This document shows, piece after piece, positions 35,149 to 45,916 of a stretch of DNA of 64,000 nt. Position numbers and translations under genes: made by a program. The notes under the pieces were generated by a model. That model did not search any database. It was not told the DNA's origin and saw only the letters and a list, made by a program, of their open reading frames with translations. The DNA lies in the IMG/VR virus record IMGVR_UViG_3300021255_000006; one strand, given 5' to 3'. Source of the DNA: an uncultured virus (IMG/VR IMGVR_UViG_3300021255_000006) (Duplodnaviria > Heunggongvirae > Uroviricota > Caudoviricetes). The number at the start of each line of letters is the position of its first letter. The stretch's first letter is position 1.

Positions 35149-36390
35149 CTACTTACCTCCATAAAAATCTACTTCGTTGAATTTTTCTTTCATAGACAAA
35201 GCTTTTGCAATAGCAATATCAATAGAACTCTTACTTGTTAAGTGATAGTAATACAGATCTCTAAATGGAGTATTCATTCTGTCAATTCGTCCTTGAGCCT
35301 GTACCATGGTTTTGTATGAGTAGTTTTGACTCCAGAACACTATGGTATCGGTAAGAACACAATTCCATCCTTCAGCCCCCGCGGCATACTGAACCAGATA
35401 CAGCCATCTCTTAGCAGACGGGATTTTCTCGTGTCGATGCCCGTTCCACTCTGCTATTTTTAATCTAGGATAGAAATTAGAGCCAAGTTCCTTTAAAATA
35501 TCAAGCTCATAGTCGAAATTGTAGAATACTATTACTCTCGGATGCTCTTCCAAAATCTCCAAAAATATCCTTTGTCGGTCATCTGAACTATTGACAACAC
35601 GCCTTAAAGAATAGCAATAACCGGATGCAGTATCGATTGGTTCGTCCAGCCATGGATTCCATCTAGTCCGTACGATCTCCTTATACATGCCTGAGTCAAA
35701 GCCGCAGACCATCGTTTCATGATGCGGTATAGTCTCTCTATCGAAGTCCATAGTTACCAGTATGCTTTTTCTGAGTCTAACCAAGCGACCAGTGTTCAAA
35801 TATCCGTTATTTCCCTTGGATGTATCGATTGCAAAATACGGCACATATGGTTTCTTAATCACATGTGCTGCTATGAACTCGGTTCTATTTTTATAAAATC
35901 CATTTGCTATGAATACTGGTATGTAATCCAACCACGTATCACCCGGCGTTGCAGAAAGTAAAATCCAATTATTCCATCGAGCAATTTTGAGAAATGACTT
36001 TACCCAAGGTCCGCTTCCTGTAACTCTTTGCTCGTCGAATATAAAGAACGAATCTCGTACTTCCCTATATTTCATCACATTATTCCAGGAATCTACCTTA
36101 ATCGAAATATTATAAGGCATTGCCGACTTGTCTCTAGATAAGAGAAACGGGCCCATTTCGATTTCCCATTCGCAGTCGTCTCGTTTCTTTGCTGTGGTTA
36201 TGATGTACAAGTCCTTAGGGCTGGTCATCTTCACATAATTTTTTGTATCGATTTTTCCGCCGCATGAGACGTAGTAGTAGGCTAGTGCTGTTCTGGACTT
36301 ACCGCTACCATAACCACCACAAAGAATGCACCCATTTTTCATTTTTTTCACAGCATCTAGCTGATATGGTCTTAATGAGATTCCTGCCAT
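35149..36390 (-). CDS. SF2 (SNF2-like) helicase (start revised to 36390)
   Basis: LRPYQ, GSGKS, FDE, LSATP, GAEGWN, QAQGRIDR motifs. Confidence 0.88.
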   Translation of the reverse strand: MAGISLRPYQLDAVKKMKNGCILCGGYGSGKSRTALAYYYVSCGGKIDTKNYVKMTSPKDLYIITTAKKRDDCEWEIEMGPFLLSRDKSAMPYNISIKVDSWNNVMKYREVRDSFFIFDEQRVTGSGPWVKSFLKIARWNNWILLSATPGDTWLDYIPVFIANGFYKNRTEFIAAHVIKKPYVPYFAIDTSKGNNGYLNTGRLVRLRKSILVTMDFDRETIPHHETMVCGFDSGMYKEIVRTRWNPWLDEPIDTASGYCYSLRRVVNSSDDRQRIFLEILEEHPRVIVFYNFDYELDILKELGSNFYPRLKIAEWNGHRHEKIPSAKRWLYLVQYAAGAEGWNCVLTDTIVFWSQNYSYKTMVQAQGRIDRMNTPFRDLYYYHLTSKSSIDIAIAKALSMKEKFNEVDFYGGK

Positions 36391-36929
36391 GACGGTGCCA
36401 TAACGGTGTGGAAAAACCACATGAAGTTCTGATCGAGCTCTTCGAGCGGTCCATCATTGTGATAGACGTAGTTGTAAGGATATGAGTCAACGTCGTCATC
36501 GGCATGGTTACCATAACCATGATCATCGGTACGCTCCGAAGTAACCAGAAGAGTTTCGCATTCAAATCCTTCAACACCAATTGCCTTTTTCAGTTTCTCG
36601 ATCTCCTCAGGCTCACGAACATGAATCACCATGATCTCGTTGTATGCTGTAGCCGGCTTATCACGAAACTTTTTATACTGCTCATAAGCATATTTGAACG
36701 GGCCGTCATTGTAGTTTGTCCAAAGATCTTTGAGGTCAGACAGGAACTTACGATCTGCATCCGATTTACCGCCTTTCCAACCAAATATAAATCTTGCGGC
36801 CTGCTTGACTTTGGTGATAGTTGAGATGTTGGTTACGGGATAGTGCTTGTTGAGAATATCACAGATCGTATCCTTACCAGTTCCTCCTTTTCCGTTGATG
36901 ATGATTACCATCTTTTTACCTTCTGCCAT
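36372..36929 (-). CDS. P-loop nucleotide (dNMP) kinase-like protein
   Basis: NGKGGTGKDT, RKFLSDLK, HVREPEE motifs. Confidence 0.75.
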   Translation of the reverse strand: MAEGKKMVIIINGKGGTGKDTICDILNKHYPVTNISTITKVKQAARFIFGWKGGKSDADRKFLSDLKDLWTNYNDGPFKYAYEQYKKFRDKPATAYNEIMVIHVREPEEIEKLKKAIGVEGFECETLLVTSERTDDHGYGNHADDDVDSYPYNYVYHNDGPLEELDQNFMWFFHTVMAPSWQESH

Positions 36930-37087
36930 TATTTACCCTCCTCATACTTTTCAGGAACACTAGTGCCATCTCGCATTGGTACTTCCAGGCATTCATTGCA
37001 CGGGTCTTTAAAACCTTCGAGTTCTTTATTTACGCATTTAGGACAATATAAAGCGAAGGCTACTTCTTTGAGATTAACTTCCATCAT
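36929..37087 (-). CDS. 52-aa CxxC/CxxC protein (not in ORF track)
   Basis: YCPKC...PCNEC; SD AAGGAG. Confidence 0.55.
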   Translation of the reverse strand: MMEVNLKEVAFALYCPKCVNKELEGFKDPCNECLEVPMRDGTSVPEKYEEGK

Positions 37088-37149
37088 AACTCCTTAAAAA
37101 CAAAAGGCTTTGTAAGCACCATATAGCACCAACAAAGCCCAAATATAAA

Positions 37150-37473
37150 TCACGCAAGTTCTTCAATATATTCAGAAATCTTACTGGCATAATAGTTACT
37201 TGTCGTGCGACTTAAAATCTTTGCCAACGCGTTAATCGCGTATGCTCTGGTACTGGCATTTTTTGAATTCTTGGCAATCTTATTGATCTTTTCCGCATGA
37301 TCATGAAGATAATAATCGCTATCGGTTCTTGATGACTGAAGTAAAATTGCGCTAATAGCGGTTTTAGCCACATCAACGTTTGTAGCTTTTTCAGAATCAA
37401 TATGTTTTGTTTCATCTTTTGCAATAACTATGCACTTGTTACCGAGTTTGAATATCACACCTCTGCCTTTCAT
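37150..37473 (-). CDS. Hypothetical protein
   Basis: SD AAGGAG; preceded by a structured leader. Confidence 0.65.
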   Translation of the reverse strand: MKGRGVIFKLGNKCIVIAKDETKHIDSEKATNVDVAKTAISAILLQSSRTDSDYYLHDHAEKINKIAKNSKNASTRAYAINALAKILSRTTSNYYASKISEYIEELA

Positions 37474-37685
37474 GCAATCTCCTTTCTATATAATAAAGTT
37501 GTCGTTACTTATCCTTAGAGGGATGAATAACAATTGGAGGACCCCCTATGACGTAGAAATCGTAAAGACCGCAGAACTTTCGCGACAACTCTATTATTAA
37601 AAACATAAAAGAAAGAGCGCCCGCTCACTTTTGTGAACAAGCGCTCAAATTATTTACAGTCGTAATTTACTTGCCAGATAGAATA

Positions 37686-37979
37686 TCATCCGTTCCATGT
37701 TTTATAATTTTCTTTCCAGAACACGTCAAGTTGCTTTGGAGTAAGTCCGCTCATAAAATTCGTAAGCTCCCAAGGATCGAACTTAAGAACGCCGGCGTCG
37801 TGTCCCATCGCCACAGTGGATGCAAATCTTCTCGCGCAACGAGATGTTGCATGAGCATCGACAGCAACTCCTGCTATAAACAATACTCCGAAACCGGCAA
37901 GAATAAATCCGCCATATTCGCTAAAGAATTTCTTAGCTTTCTCCTTTGTTGACAGTTCTTTCTTTTCATTTTCGTACAT
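37686..37979 (-). CDS. Hypothetical single-TM protein
   Basis: Own promoter motif at 38022-38046. Confidence 0.65.
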   Translation of the reverse strand: MYENEKKELSTKEKAKKFFSEYGGFILAGFGVLFIAGVAVDAHATSRCARRFASTVAMGHDAGVLKFDPWELTNFMSGLTPKQLDVFWKENYKTWNG

Positions 37980-38052
37980 AGCTAAATCTCCTTTCTTTCG
38001 TGGCTATGTTGACTACTACTGCACAAAAGAGATTGTTCATAGTGCGAAAATG

Positions 38053-38613
38053 TTACTCGTCCTGATAATCAGCATAGCTGGCATATTTCTCGTCCAACTT
38101 ACTGGTCTGCAGAACGATCCTCATGTCGTGAAGATACGCTTTGATGTTCCACTCATTTGTGGCGTCATCAAGCCACCATCTGGGACGGACTTCAACGTCA
38201 ACCTGCTGGAATCTTCCGATCATACCATCAAGCATACCAGCGGCTTCTTCTGAAATATCAGTGACAACTCTTCCACTATATGTAGTAATCTTGGAAGGTG
38301 CGATTCTGGGAGAAGGCGGATTAAAGCTAATCTTAACCTTGAGCCTGAATTTAGTTTCGTCAACGTACTCGTTCAGCTTTACATTGCGCCAGCCAGAAGC
38401 TTCAAGGCGTTCCATCTCCTGCGGATTGTTAGTGACAGCCTGCATACTCCAGCCCTGATCTCTAAGCTCGGTTGCCGATGCCTCGTCAGTAATAGACAGT
38501 GTAAAATCCCGTTCTCCGGCTTTATTATACTTCGACCCTTCACCGGCAAAGTTGGAAAAATCAATGTTACAATTTTCAAACACGACATTAGGCACATTAT
38601 ACTTCTGTTTCAT
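38053..38613 (-). CDS. Putative ssDNA-binding protein
   Basis: FSNFAG...YN..G.RDF; acidic C-terminal tail; near the polymerase gene. Confidence 0.65.
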   Translation of the reverse strand: MKQKYNVPNVVFENCNIDFSNFAGEGSKYNKAGERDFTLSITDEASATELRDQGWSMQAVTNNPQEMERLEASGWRNVKLNEYVDETKFRLKVKISFNPPSPRIAPSKITTYSGRVVTDISEEAAGMLDGMIGRFQQVDVEVRPRWWLDDATNEWNIKAYLHDMRIVLQTSKLDEKYASYADYQDE

Positions 38614-38688
38614 TTTTATCTCCTTTTCGTTTAAAACAAACAGAAGAGCACCTGCTGTTTAAGCAAAGCGCTCTCCATTTAACAAATA

Positions 38689-38943
38689 TCAATCAATAAT
38701 CATTCTTGCATGAACTGTACCATCTTTACCATGAACATCAATGTCTCTGAACATGATCAGTTTGCGTATTATTTCATCGTGTGCAGCGTTGTATCCTTTC
38801 CTATATCCTCCGTTTTCAATACGTTCGGTTCTGTTCTTATCCAAAAATACCGTTCCGTATTGTATGGCACATTTACAAATTTCAACTGCTGTTGCGATAA
38901 ACATTGCTTCGACCAGTTTTCTGACAAATCGTTTTTCTTTCAT
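38689..38943 (-). CDS. Hypothetical protein
   Basis: Own promoter motif at 38981-39005; SD AGGAGG. Confidence 0.6.
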   Translation of the reverse strand: MKEKRFVRKLVEAMFIATAVEICKCAIQYGTVFLDKNRTERIENGGYRKGYNAAHDEIIRKLIMFRDIDVHGKDGTVHARMIID

Positions 38944-39000
38944 TTGAATGTCCTCCTGTTCTGCAAATAGTTAATTACTGCATAACAGGCGTTGTAAATA

Positions 39001-42000
39001 TCACGTAAACGGTACTTCTTCTGCATCAGAATTTGTTACAGGTAAATTCATGTAATACTCGAGATTGTCTCCGGAAACAAACGAGTCAAAGTTACCGTAT
39101 TTAGAAATGAGTTCAACAGCTTCATCCGCAAGGTGTATGTAATACGACGCGTCAACTTTGTTCTTTCCAGAGCTGTTTCGACAAAGCTCAGATTCTAGCC
39201 ATCGGTATCCTTTAGTACCGGTAACAGAATAATATTTACCGTCTCTAAGGCACATTAATTCACCACCGCCGTAACCCGGTTCAATGGGTGTAAACTGGCC
39301 CACTCGTCCTATAAAAACATAATTATGACCTTTAGCTATTTCTGGTTCTAATCTAGCTTTAATTTCATCATAACTTGTGTCGGACATCAAACCTTTACGG
39401 TATTTAGTGGAAGCTTTTTCGAGTTCTTTTTCTAATGACGATACATCCGGTAAATGTTCATTCATATCCAAATATATAGCGCCTTTAGCTACAGACTTTA
39501 TTTCACAATAATCATCAAACTCAAGCGGTTCTTTGGTAAATAGTGTCTTAAACACGTACGGAGTTTTAAATCTGTCTCCAGTAGCGTCCCAGATGCCGTC
39601 ATGCTTGCAAATATAGTTAGCTTTATCGATAAGACACATGCGCTCGTAAGTAGCTTCATGCTCAAACGTATAACCATATAACTTACCATACGCCATTACA
39701 AAATCAGTAATTTTTTGGTCGGCGTTAGGTATCTTTATGGAGTCCGTCTTTATATGCGCTACTGTGTATCCTCGTTTCTGCACTTCATGTTTAAGGTTTA
39801 TCATAAACAAAGCGCCGCGTTTAGCTACAATATTATCTACGTTTCGCTCATCCTTAAATATACATTCATATCTGGCTTTCGTCTGACCATAGACAGCATT
39901 AATTACTATCTTCAACGCTTGCGCTAGACCTTTGGCTTTTCCAGGATCATCTAAATATTTGGTAAGTGTCCCGTTAAGCAATGTCTTCGCTAGGTCAAAG
40001 TTTTTGTGTTTAATTGCTAATCGCATATCTACGATCTCACCAAAACGTTTTGTATACTCGTCTCCAAACAAATTTTCAGCTCTAATGCTTGAAGGATGCA
40101 TTGATGAAATATCAAACAAACCAGCATTAAAATACATACCGGGTTCTGAGTATACGTAGCCGCCTTGTTTTGGGTCTTCTCCTCGATAAAGAGATTTACC
40201 AAGATGGTGCGTGTATCCGGGAAATATAGGTCTTCCGTATTTGTCGAAAGCTGTGTATTCGGGATCTAAATCCCAAAACTCACCTTCAAAACCTGGTAAG
40301 TGAGTAACTCGTTTTGCTATAGCGCCTTCATCGCCCATAAATCTATAGTTGAATTTACTCTGAGGATGCTTGTCGTTACCAAATATAAATCTCTTTGTTA
40401 ACGAGTTTGTACTGTCATTTACAGTGCCCCCAGTAATGTCAGCCAATATTTCTCTAGCCATGAAATCTGACTGAGTAGCTTCGAACACTGCTTCAGTAGC
40501 GATTACATCGTTAACGCAATAGTCTGCAACCTTATCCCAAAGTTCCTTTGGAACTGGTTGATCCCATGGTAACCCAAGTTCCTGGTGATGTATGCCGAGT
40601 TCTATTTCAAATTTTTTTAGCGATTGTTTTTTAGAACTGAAATCATAAATATCAGTATAGCTGAGATTATATGCGCTTCCAAACATAGCAGACTTATCGT
40701 TCGAGACAATGCTTTGAGACAAGTTATAGAGCTGCTCGTTGTTATAACCCATGATACGAGCGTAGCAAATGTGATTATCGTATCTGCGATTGTTAAATCC
40801 TATCGCATCGTAGTTGTTAAACAGTGATTCTACCATGACTGGTTCTGGATTAATCATTCGAACAACTACTGTGTTTTTTCCAGGTTTCTTCCAACATAAG
40901 ACAAACAGATTTGGGAAAACTTCACAGTCAAAAAATATAATTTTTGGTTTGTCTGCTTCTAAGTTTTCTTGCTCGTCAGCATCAGCGGATACAAACTTCA
41001 TTCTTGATACTAAGTCTGAGCAATACTTTGAGTTGTTTGTACTACCCAAAGCAAACTGGAAAATATCATTTTTCATATCTCTTACATCATATGACAAGCC
41101 GCTGTCATATGCGTCATCGAGAATTTTGTTTATGAAGTCTATAGACGACTTTGTTGATGGATGTATTTCTTTATTCAGGTTACGAATAAGCTGGGCGCGA
41201 AGACTCCGCTCGCTTTTAATAACCCGCTCATTTATCACTTTATCTCCTTTCTTTAGTGGAAGCCCCGACGCTATTTCAGCAATAGGAATATCATTGCATT
41301 TTGTAAGCATCCTTCGCATAGAATGTTTTCCAGTAGCAACCTGTATTTCTATGTGCGGGGCATACTCTTTTTGTAGCTTTTCCACATCTCCGAGATAAAT
41401 ATAAAAGAGATGAATGCCCTGACCGCTTTTACTAAGTTCAGCATATGTTTTTGGCCATTTAACGGCTTCTGCATAGTTAAGAGCATAACTCTTTTCACCA
41501 GTTTCAGGATCAGGAATGTCGAAGTCTACAAATATCAATCTCGGTTCTTGACACTGTGTTAACACATAGTGCAATTTAGATGTGTCTATGTCTTTTAGTA
41601 CAGTAGTAACGTTGTCCCAAGCATACGTTGGAACGCCGCCGCTTGTCGCATATTGTGCTTTACAGTCGGCATACTGTTCATCAAAGATAGAAACCGTTTT
41701 GTCAAATTTTAACCATCCAGAGTTTTCGGGTTCTGGTTCATCTCGTATAGCTGATTCTTCAGGAGCAAATCGTTCGGTTCTAAAACCATGGTAATAGTTC
41801 CAAACTTGTTCTCCGTTAATTGTTGTTCTAGCATCAAAGTCTTTGAAGTAGTTTTTCAACTCTTCTTTAAACTTCGTTTTACTGAACGGATAGTTCACTT
41901 TTGAATCCTGACAATAAACCTCATATAAACTATATGCTGCTTTTAATGATGTTCCGTTATTCTTGTTAAAAATATCAAAGGACTCTAACACAAAGTTATA

Positions 42001-43068
42001 AAAATCGTTCGATGCTCCAAGCATATTAAACGGAATATAATTGTCATAAATGTCAGGATCAGACTCATAAACGTCGAGACAGTGCTTCGCGATTGCACCT
42101 AACTCAAAGTTCATTTGTTTTACTAGTTTTTTATACTCCCGACTTGGTACCTTATTGCCGGAAGGTGATACATCAATCAGTCTTCTTAAAAGACCCGATT
42201 TAGCGTCGGTAATCTTTACCGGTCTATTAGTTCCTAAAAACAAAAAGCACCTAAAGCGATTTTTGTACATTGACTTGAACTTTTCATTAACAACCATCTC
42301 TTCGTGTGAAACAAGGCTGTTAAGTCTCGTATTATCTTCAATTCTGCTGAGTTCAGCATCATAGTCTATCGCAACTAAAGGGTTGTCTTTAAACGCTTCA
42401 AGAGCGAAAGAGGCATTGGCAGTGCCAAGTACCTTTGCCTCGAACGACGTTACATAACCTTCAAAAAGTTTTGCTATAAGTTCAAGTACTGTTCCCTTAC
42501 CAGTTCCTGCTTCGCCATACAGGACAAGAAACTTTTGTATGGTTTTAGAATCTCCAGAGATAACTGCGCCAATTCCCCATTCAATTTTCCGTCGTTCTTC
42601 GTCAGAATATAATACGGACATAAGTTTCTTGTAGGCATCTATACTGCCGTCAGCAAGAGGGTAGCTAAGTCTCTTGCTCGCATAATCCTCTTTCTTAGTT
42701 TTAACATTGGAAAATATCAATTTCTCGTCAAGTGGGTGATAGTAGTCTCGAAGTTGCTGTTTGCAGTATCGATGCCACGTATCTATCATCCCAGTCTGTG
42801 CGTCCCACATGTGAAGAACCTTGACTGAGTAATCCGCATATGCGTCTTTATTTTTTTCCAAATATAAATCGAGCTCACGGTCAATCATATGAAGAGCGTC
42901 CCCTTCGTCTGTTGACCATAAGCCCGATTCTTCCATCCACACGGCATAAAAGTCACCACCGCGTATCATTAAGTCGGCGCTTTTTCGCTTTGTAGGAATA
43001 ATGAACCTCGGGTAGATTTCGATGACTCCTTTTTTACCGGGTCTGGTCGAAACCATAAAGAAATCCAT
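39001..43068 (-). CDS. SF3 helicase - primase-like - 3'-5' exonuclease - family B DNA polymerase fusion
   Basis: GEAGTGKGT/LGTN (SF3); FVDFD and SKSGQGIH (primase-like); FFDCE, GFNNRRYD, YCVNDV (exo I-III); FDISSMHPS, KIVINAVYG, IKTDS (PolB). Confidence 0.9.
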   Translation of the reverse strand: MDFFMVSTRPGKKGVIEIYPRFIIPTKRKSADLMIRGGDFYAVWMEESGLWSTDEGDALHMIDRELDLYLEKNKDAYADYSVKVLHMWDAQTGMIDTWHRYCKQQLRDYYHPLDEKLIFSNVKTKKEDYASKRLSYPLADGSIDAYKKLMSVLYSDEERRKIEWGIGAVISGDSKTIQKFLVLYGEAGTGKGTVLELIAKLFEGYVTSFEAKVLGTANASFALEAFKDNPLVAIDYDAELSRIEDNTRLNSLVSHEEMVVNEKFKSMYKNRFRCFLFLGTNRPVKITDAKSGLLRRLIDVSPSGNKVPSREYKKLVKQMNFELGAIAKHCLDVYESDPDIYDNYIPFNMLGASNDFYNFVLESFDIFNKNNGTSLKAAYSLYEVYCQDSKVNYPFSKTKFKEELKNYFKDFDARTTINGEQVWNYYHGFRTERFAPEESAIRDEPEPENSGWLKFDKTVSIFDEQYADCKAQYATSGGVPTYAWDNVTTVLKDIDTSKLHYVLTQCQEPRLIFVDFDIPDPETGEKSYALNYAEAVKWPKTYAELSKSGQGIHLFYIYLGDVEKLQKEYAPHIEIQVATGKHSMRRMLTKCNDIPIAEIASGLPLKKGDKVINERVIKSERSLRAQLIRNLNKEIHPSTKSSIDFINKILDDAYDSGLSYDVRDMKNDIFQFALGSTNNSKYCSDLVSRMKFVSADADEQENLEADKPKIIFFDCEVFPNLFVLCWKKPGKNTVVVRMINPEPVMVESLFNNYDAIGFNNRRYDNHICYARIMGYNNEQLYNLSQSIVSNDKSAMFGSAYNLSYTDIYDFSSKKQSLKKFEIELGIHHQELGLPWDQPVPKELWDKVADYCVNDVIATEAVFEATQSDFMAREILADITGGTVNDSTNSLTKRFIFGNDKHPQSKFNYRFMGDEGAIAKRVTHLPGFEGEFWDLDPEYTAFDKYGRPIFPGYTHHLGKSLYRGEDPKQGGYVYSEPGMYFNAGLFDISSMHPSSIRAENLFGDEYTKRFGEIVDMRLAIKHKNFDLAKTLLNGTLTKYLDDPGKAKGLAQALKIVINAVYGQTKARYECIFKDERNVDNIVAKRGALFMINLKHEVQKRGYTVAHIKTDSIKIPNADQKITDFVMAYGKLYGYTFEHEATYERMCLIDKANYICKHDGIWDATGDRFKTPYVFKTLFTKEPLEFDDYCEIKSVAKGAIYLDMNEHLPDVSSLEKELEKASTKYRKGLMSDTSYDEIKARLEPEIAKGHNYVFIGRVGQFTPIEPGYGGGELMCLRDGKYYSVTGTKGYRWLESELCRNSSGKNKVDASYYIHLADEAVELISKYGNFDSFVSGDNLEYYMNLPVTNSDAEEVPFT

Positions 43069-43614
43069 TTATGCCCCATTTCTTAAAATATCATTTAAAT
43101 ACCACAATGCCTGCTTCCAGATTTCAACGGTTCGCATATCTATAACTATTTCCGGAATGCAGAAGAACCCACCATGGCCGTCAAAGTCATAGTCTCTATT
43201 GAGAATTCTTTGAGTAATATTATCAACTTCTTGCTCTTGATAGTTCTTATCGACCATGGTGATTAAACCACTATTACGAATCATATCCCAAAACCAACGT
43301 CCGGTCCGATTGCCATAATCCTCATTCGACATGATGTCTTCTTCGAGTCTCAATGCAAGTGCAATCATCATTTCAAGAACGCTGCATGGTTTTGAATCTA
43401 GATAGTAGGCAATTTTGGATTGCTGAATGTGATGTCCGACCCCGAAACGATATCGAAGATTGACACCGTCGGCTTCTCTATTGCCGTCAGTAGGTATTGA
43501 ATATCGGAACGGAGTCTCATATAGTTGTCTTAATAACTTCATGTGGGTACTGCTTTCTTTTCCACCCACCAGTCCTGTCAACCATTTGAAATAAGCTCTC
43601 GAAATATCAATCAT
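43069..43614 (-). CDS. Hypothetical phage protein
   Basis: Tightly packed upstream of the polymerase gene. Confidence 0.7.
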   Translation of the reverse strand: MIDISRAYFKWLTGLVGGKESSTHMKLLRQLYETPFRYSIPTDGNREADGVNLRYRFGVGHHIQQSKIAYYLDSKPCSVLEMMIALALRLEEDIMSNEDYGNRTGRWFWDMIRNSGLITMVDKNYQEQEVDNITQRILNRDYDFDGHGGFFCIPEIVIDMRTVEIWKQALWYLNDILRNGA

Positions 43615-44257
43615 CCTTTCCCCAATCTATGATTGGAGGATCGTTGTTTACTTCGTCGGCCTCAAAACTGTTTCGAAGATCCCGTTCGATATGGTAATCA
43701 GCACATCTTGCATCGTTGCGAATGACAATCAAATCGTCACCGTATAATCCGAAATAGTCAGCATAATCAGGACCGACGCTCTCATCAATTTCCTCCTTAG
43801 TAAGAATATCACCAGCATCGTCAACAAGCACTCCGTCGGCAAAGTGCGTGAGACAAATTGTTGAATAGTCTTCAAAGTCGCCATATTCATTTGGATCGAT
43901 AACATACGGAGCATTACCGTTATGGGTTGCGTACTCCTGGGCAGCATCTTTGTTATACTGTTTCACACGTTCGATATATTCTGCGACTTTTTTTCTTTCT
44001 TCCGGGTCAGGTTCCTGATTCAAAATTCTCTCGACAGTGCTATCAAAGCTCGGAGCCTTTACTTCGGAATAGTCTTCTGTTACTTCATTAAACGACTTCG
44101 GTTCATCATCAGTTACTTCTGTAAAAGATTCTGTATCGTCAACCGAATCGTCTTTGGTAACAGTTGCATTTGTTTCTTTATTTTTCTCATTAAGATATAA
44201 GTAGGTTACCGACGCACCTACTGCCACCCCAAAAAGAAACCATAAACACTTGTTCAT
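43607..44257 (-). CDS. Acidic protein with N-terminal membrane anchor (start MNKCL)
   Basis: SD AAGGAG; LWFLFGVAVGA. Confidence 0.7.
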   Translation of the reverse strand: MNKCLWFLFGVAVGASVTYLYLNEKNKETNATVTKDDSVDDTESFTEVTDDEPKSFNEVTEDYSEVKAPSFDSTVERILNQEPDPEERKKVAEYIERVKQYNKDAAQEYATHNGNAPYVIDPNEYGDFEDYSTICLTHFADGVLVDDAGDILTKEEIDESVGPDYADYFGLYGDDLIVIRNDARCADYHIERDLRNSFEADEVNNDPPIIDWGKDD

Positions 44258-44331
44258 AGTAATCTCCTTTAGCAAAACAGAGGTTCCTCAATAGGAGAAG
44301 AACCTCTGCGGAAAATCGAAAATATCATGAA

Positions 44332-45270
44332 TCAGCTCGCCCGAGAGCTCCGTCTCAAGTCCTGGACCATTGTATTGTAGATATTCCCGTCAACATTGAA
44401 GTCTACGGCATAAGCTTCTTCGATTGAGCCATTCTCGTTGCGAATTTTCACTCTAGTAATATCAAACAGAACCTTGTTGTCTCCTGTAGGATTCGCCTTA
44501 TCAAAGATCCATCCGCATACCATTCCAGCCGGAGTTGTCTCAAACCCGAGCATGGTGTATACCTCGTTCAGAGTAAGACCCTTTCGACCTCGACCTCTCA
44601 GAACGCTGTTTGCCGTGCGCTGCTGGCATTCAAAGAAATACTGGATGTTGCGAGGATCGTTGTCCCAGTAAGGATTACTCTTTGTAAAGTATTTAACATA
44701 GATGCTTTCACGATTGCGATCTGCGATTTTAACCTTTTCGATTGTGCCGTCTTCTTTCTCGACTTCCTCTTCCTTTACTCCAAGACGAATATCTTTGTCG
44801 CCTTCTTCGCCAAGGGCCTTGACGACTCCTTCTCTGTACTTCTTAAGGTCGGCGTTTGCCGCTGCGGCCATAGCAGCAGACTCGACTGCAATACCCTTGA
44901 GAATGCCGTTTGCTCTGAAGAAACAAAACAGTGTGGCTCCTCCAAGAGCAAGAGGGAGTGCATACAATCTAGCACACTGCCCTACAAATTTTGCCCACGC
45001 CATGGTTGTTGCTTTTCCGATCTCTTTCTGACGTTCCTCGCTTTCTCCGGCTTCTTTGGACTGCTGCTTAAGTTCTTTGATTTTTGCAAGTCTCGCTTCA
45101 TGCTCATCAAGAATGGTGTCAATCTTTCTGGACTGAATTGCAATCGTAATGCCGGTTGCTACAAATCCGCAAGTTCCTGCGATCATAAAGAGTTCAGGAC
45201 TTTTCCGTTTGGCTCCAAGGGCAAGGGACTTGCCAAATGTTCTAACATTGCTTTTAACTATTTCGAACAT
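44332..45270 (-). CDS. DUF6353-like hypothetical protein
   Basis: SPEL...G..G, LTLNEVY..LG, GW, DFN pattern; resembles 46983-47771. Confidence 0.6.
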   Translation of the reverse strand: MFEIVKSNVRTFGKSLALGAKRKSPELFMIAGTCGFVATGITIAIQSRKIDTILDEHEARLAKIKELKQQSKEAGESEERQKEIGKATTMAWAKFVGQCARLYALPLALGGATLFCFFRANGILKGIAVESAAMAAAANADLKKYREGVVKALGEEGDKDIRLGVKEEEVEKEDGTIEKVKIADRNRESIYVKYFTKSNPYWDNDPRNIQYFFECQQRTANSVLRGRGRKGLTLNEVYTMLGFETTPAGMVCGWIFDKANPTGDNKVLFDITRVKIRNENGSIEEAYAVDFNVDGNIYNTMVQDLRRSSRAS

Positions 45271-45285
45271 ATTAATCTCCTTCTT

Positions 45286-45906
45286 TTAATCTAATGCTAT
45301 GGTTCTAGGAAGTTTAATGACATAGCCATCAAACGCCTTTACAATATATGCTGCAGATAAGTCATTCCAACCGTATTTGTTGTCAGTATGCTTACCCGTA
45401 ATATCAACAAGATCATAATAATCAGCTACGGACACGGTTCCGTATGAGTCAAGGAGCTCTTCCATCCTCTGAAGGACTTCCTCTGCTTCGCCCCTTGTGG
45501 TTATTACGATATCGTCAACAAGATAGCTAGAAGTACCAGCCTTTTTTCGAACAGGCTGCTGGGGCACGGTTTGACCATTATAGTAGCTTCTATATGAAAC
45601 TTGTCCGGCCGCAGTTCTAGGCCTTTGCTTTGTCCCACCGTCTTTGCCCCAGAGAGCCATGTCGACAACATTAGTCACTACATCCTGAGCGATTTTTCGA
45701 ATCTCTGGATCAATGACCTCTTTTATGATATGATTCTTGATTGTTGCCGCATCTTCCTTTACTAAGGAATCAAGAATTTTAGCAAGTTTTCCCTTCTTCT
45801 TAGTTTTTACCGGAGATTTGACAACCTTATCAATCTTTTTTTCGGAAGATTCTTCAGCTTTAGTCTCCATTTTAGACTTCATCGAATTTGCTCTATAATC
45901 CTCCAC
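45286..45906 (-). CDS. Hypothetical phage protein
   Basis: VSVADYYDL...YGW motif. Confidence 0.7.
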   Translation of the reverse strand: MEDYRANSMKSKMETKAEESSEKKIDKVVKSPVKTKKKGKLAKILDSLVKEDAATIKNHIIKEVIDPEIRKIAQDVVTNVVDMALWGKDGGTKQRPRTAAGQVSYRSYYNGQTVPQQPVRKKAGTSSYLVDDIVITTRGEAEEVLQRMEELLDSYGTVSVADYYDLVDITGKHTDNKYGWNDLSAAYIVKAFDGYVIKLPRTIALD

Positions 45907-45916
45907 AAACGCCTCC

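Noticed and set aside
37490..37597. Retron msr-msd or DGR template repeat
   Set aside because: No reverse transcriptase in the window and no adenine-specific variant repeat pair noticed
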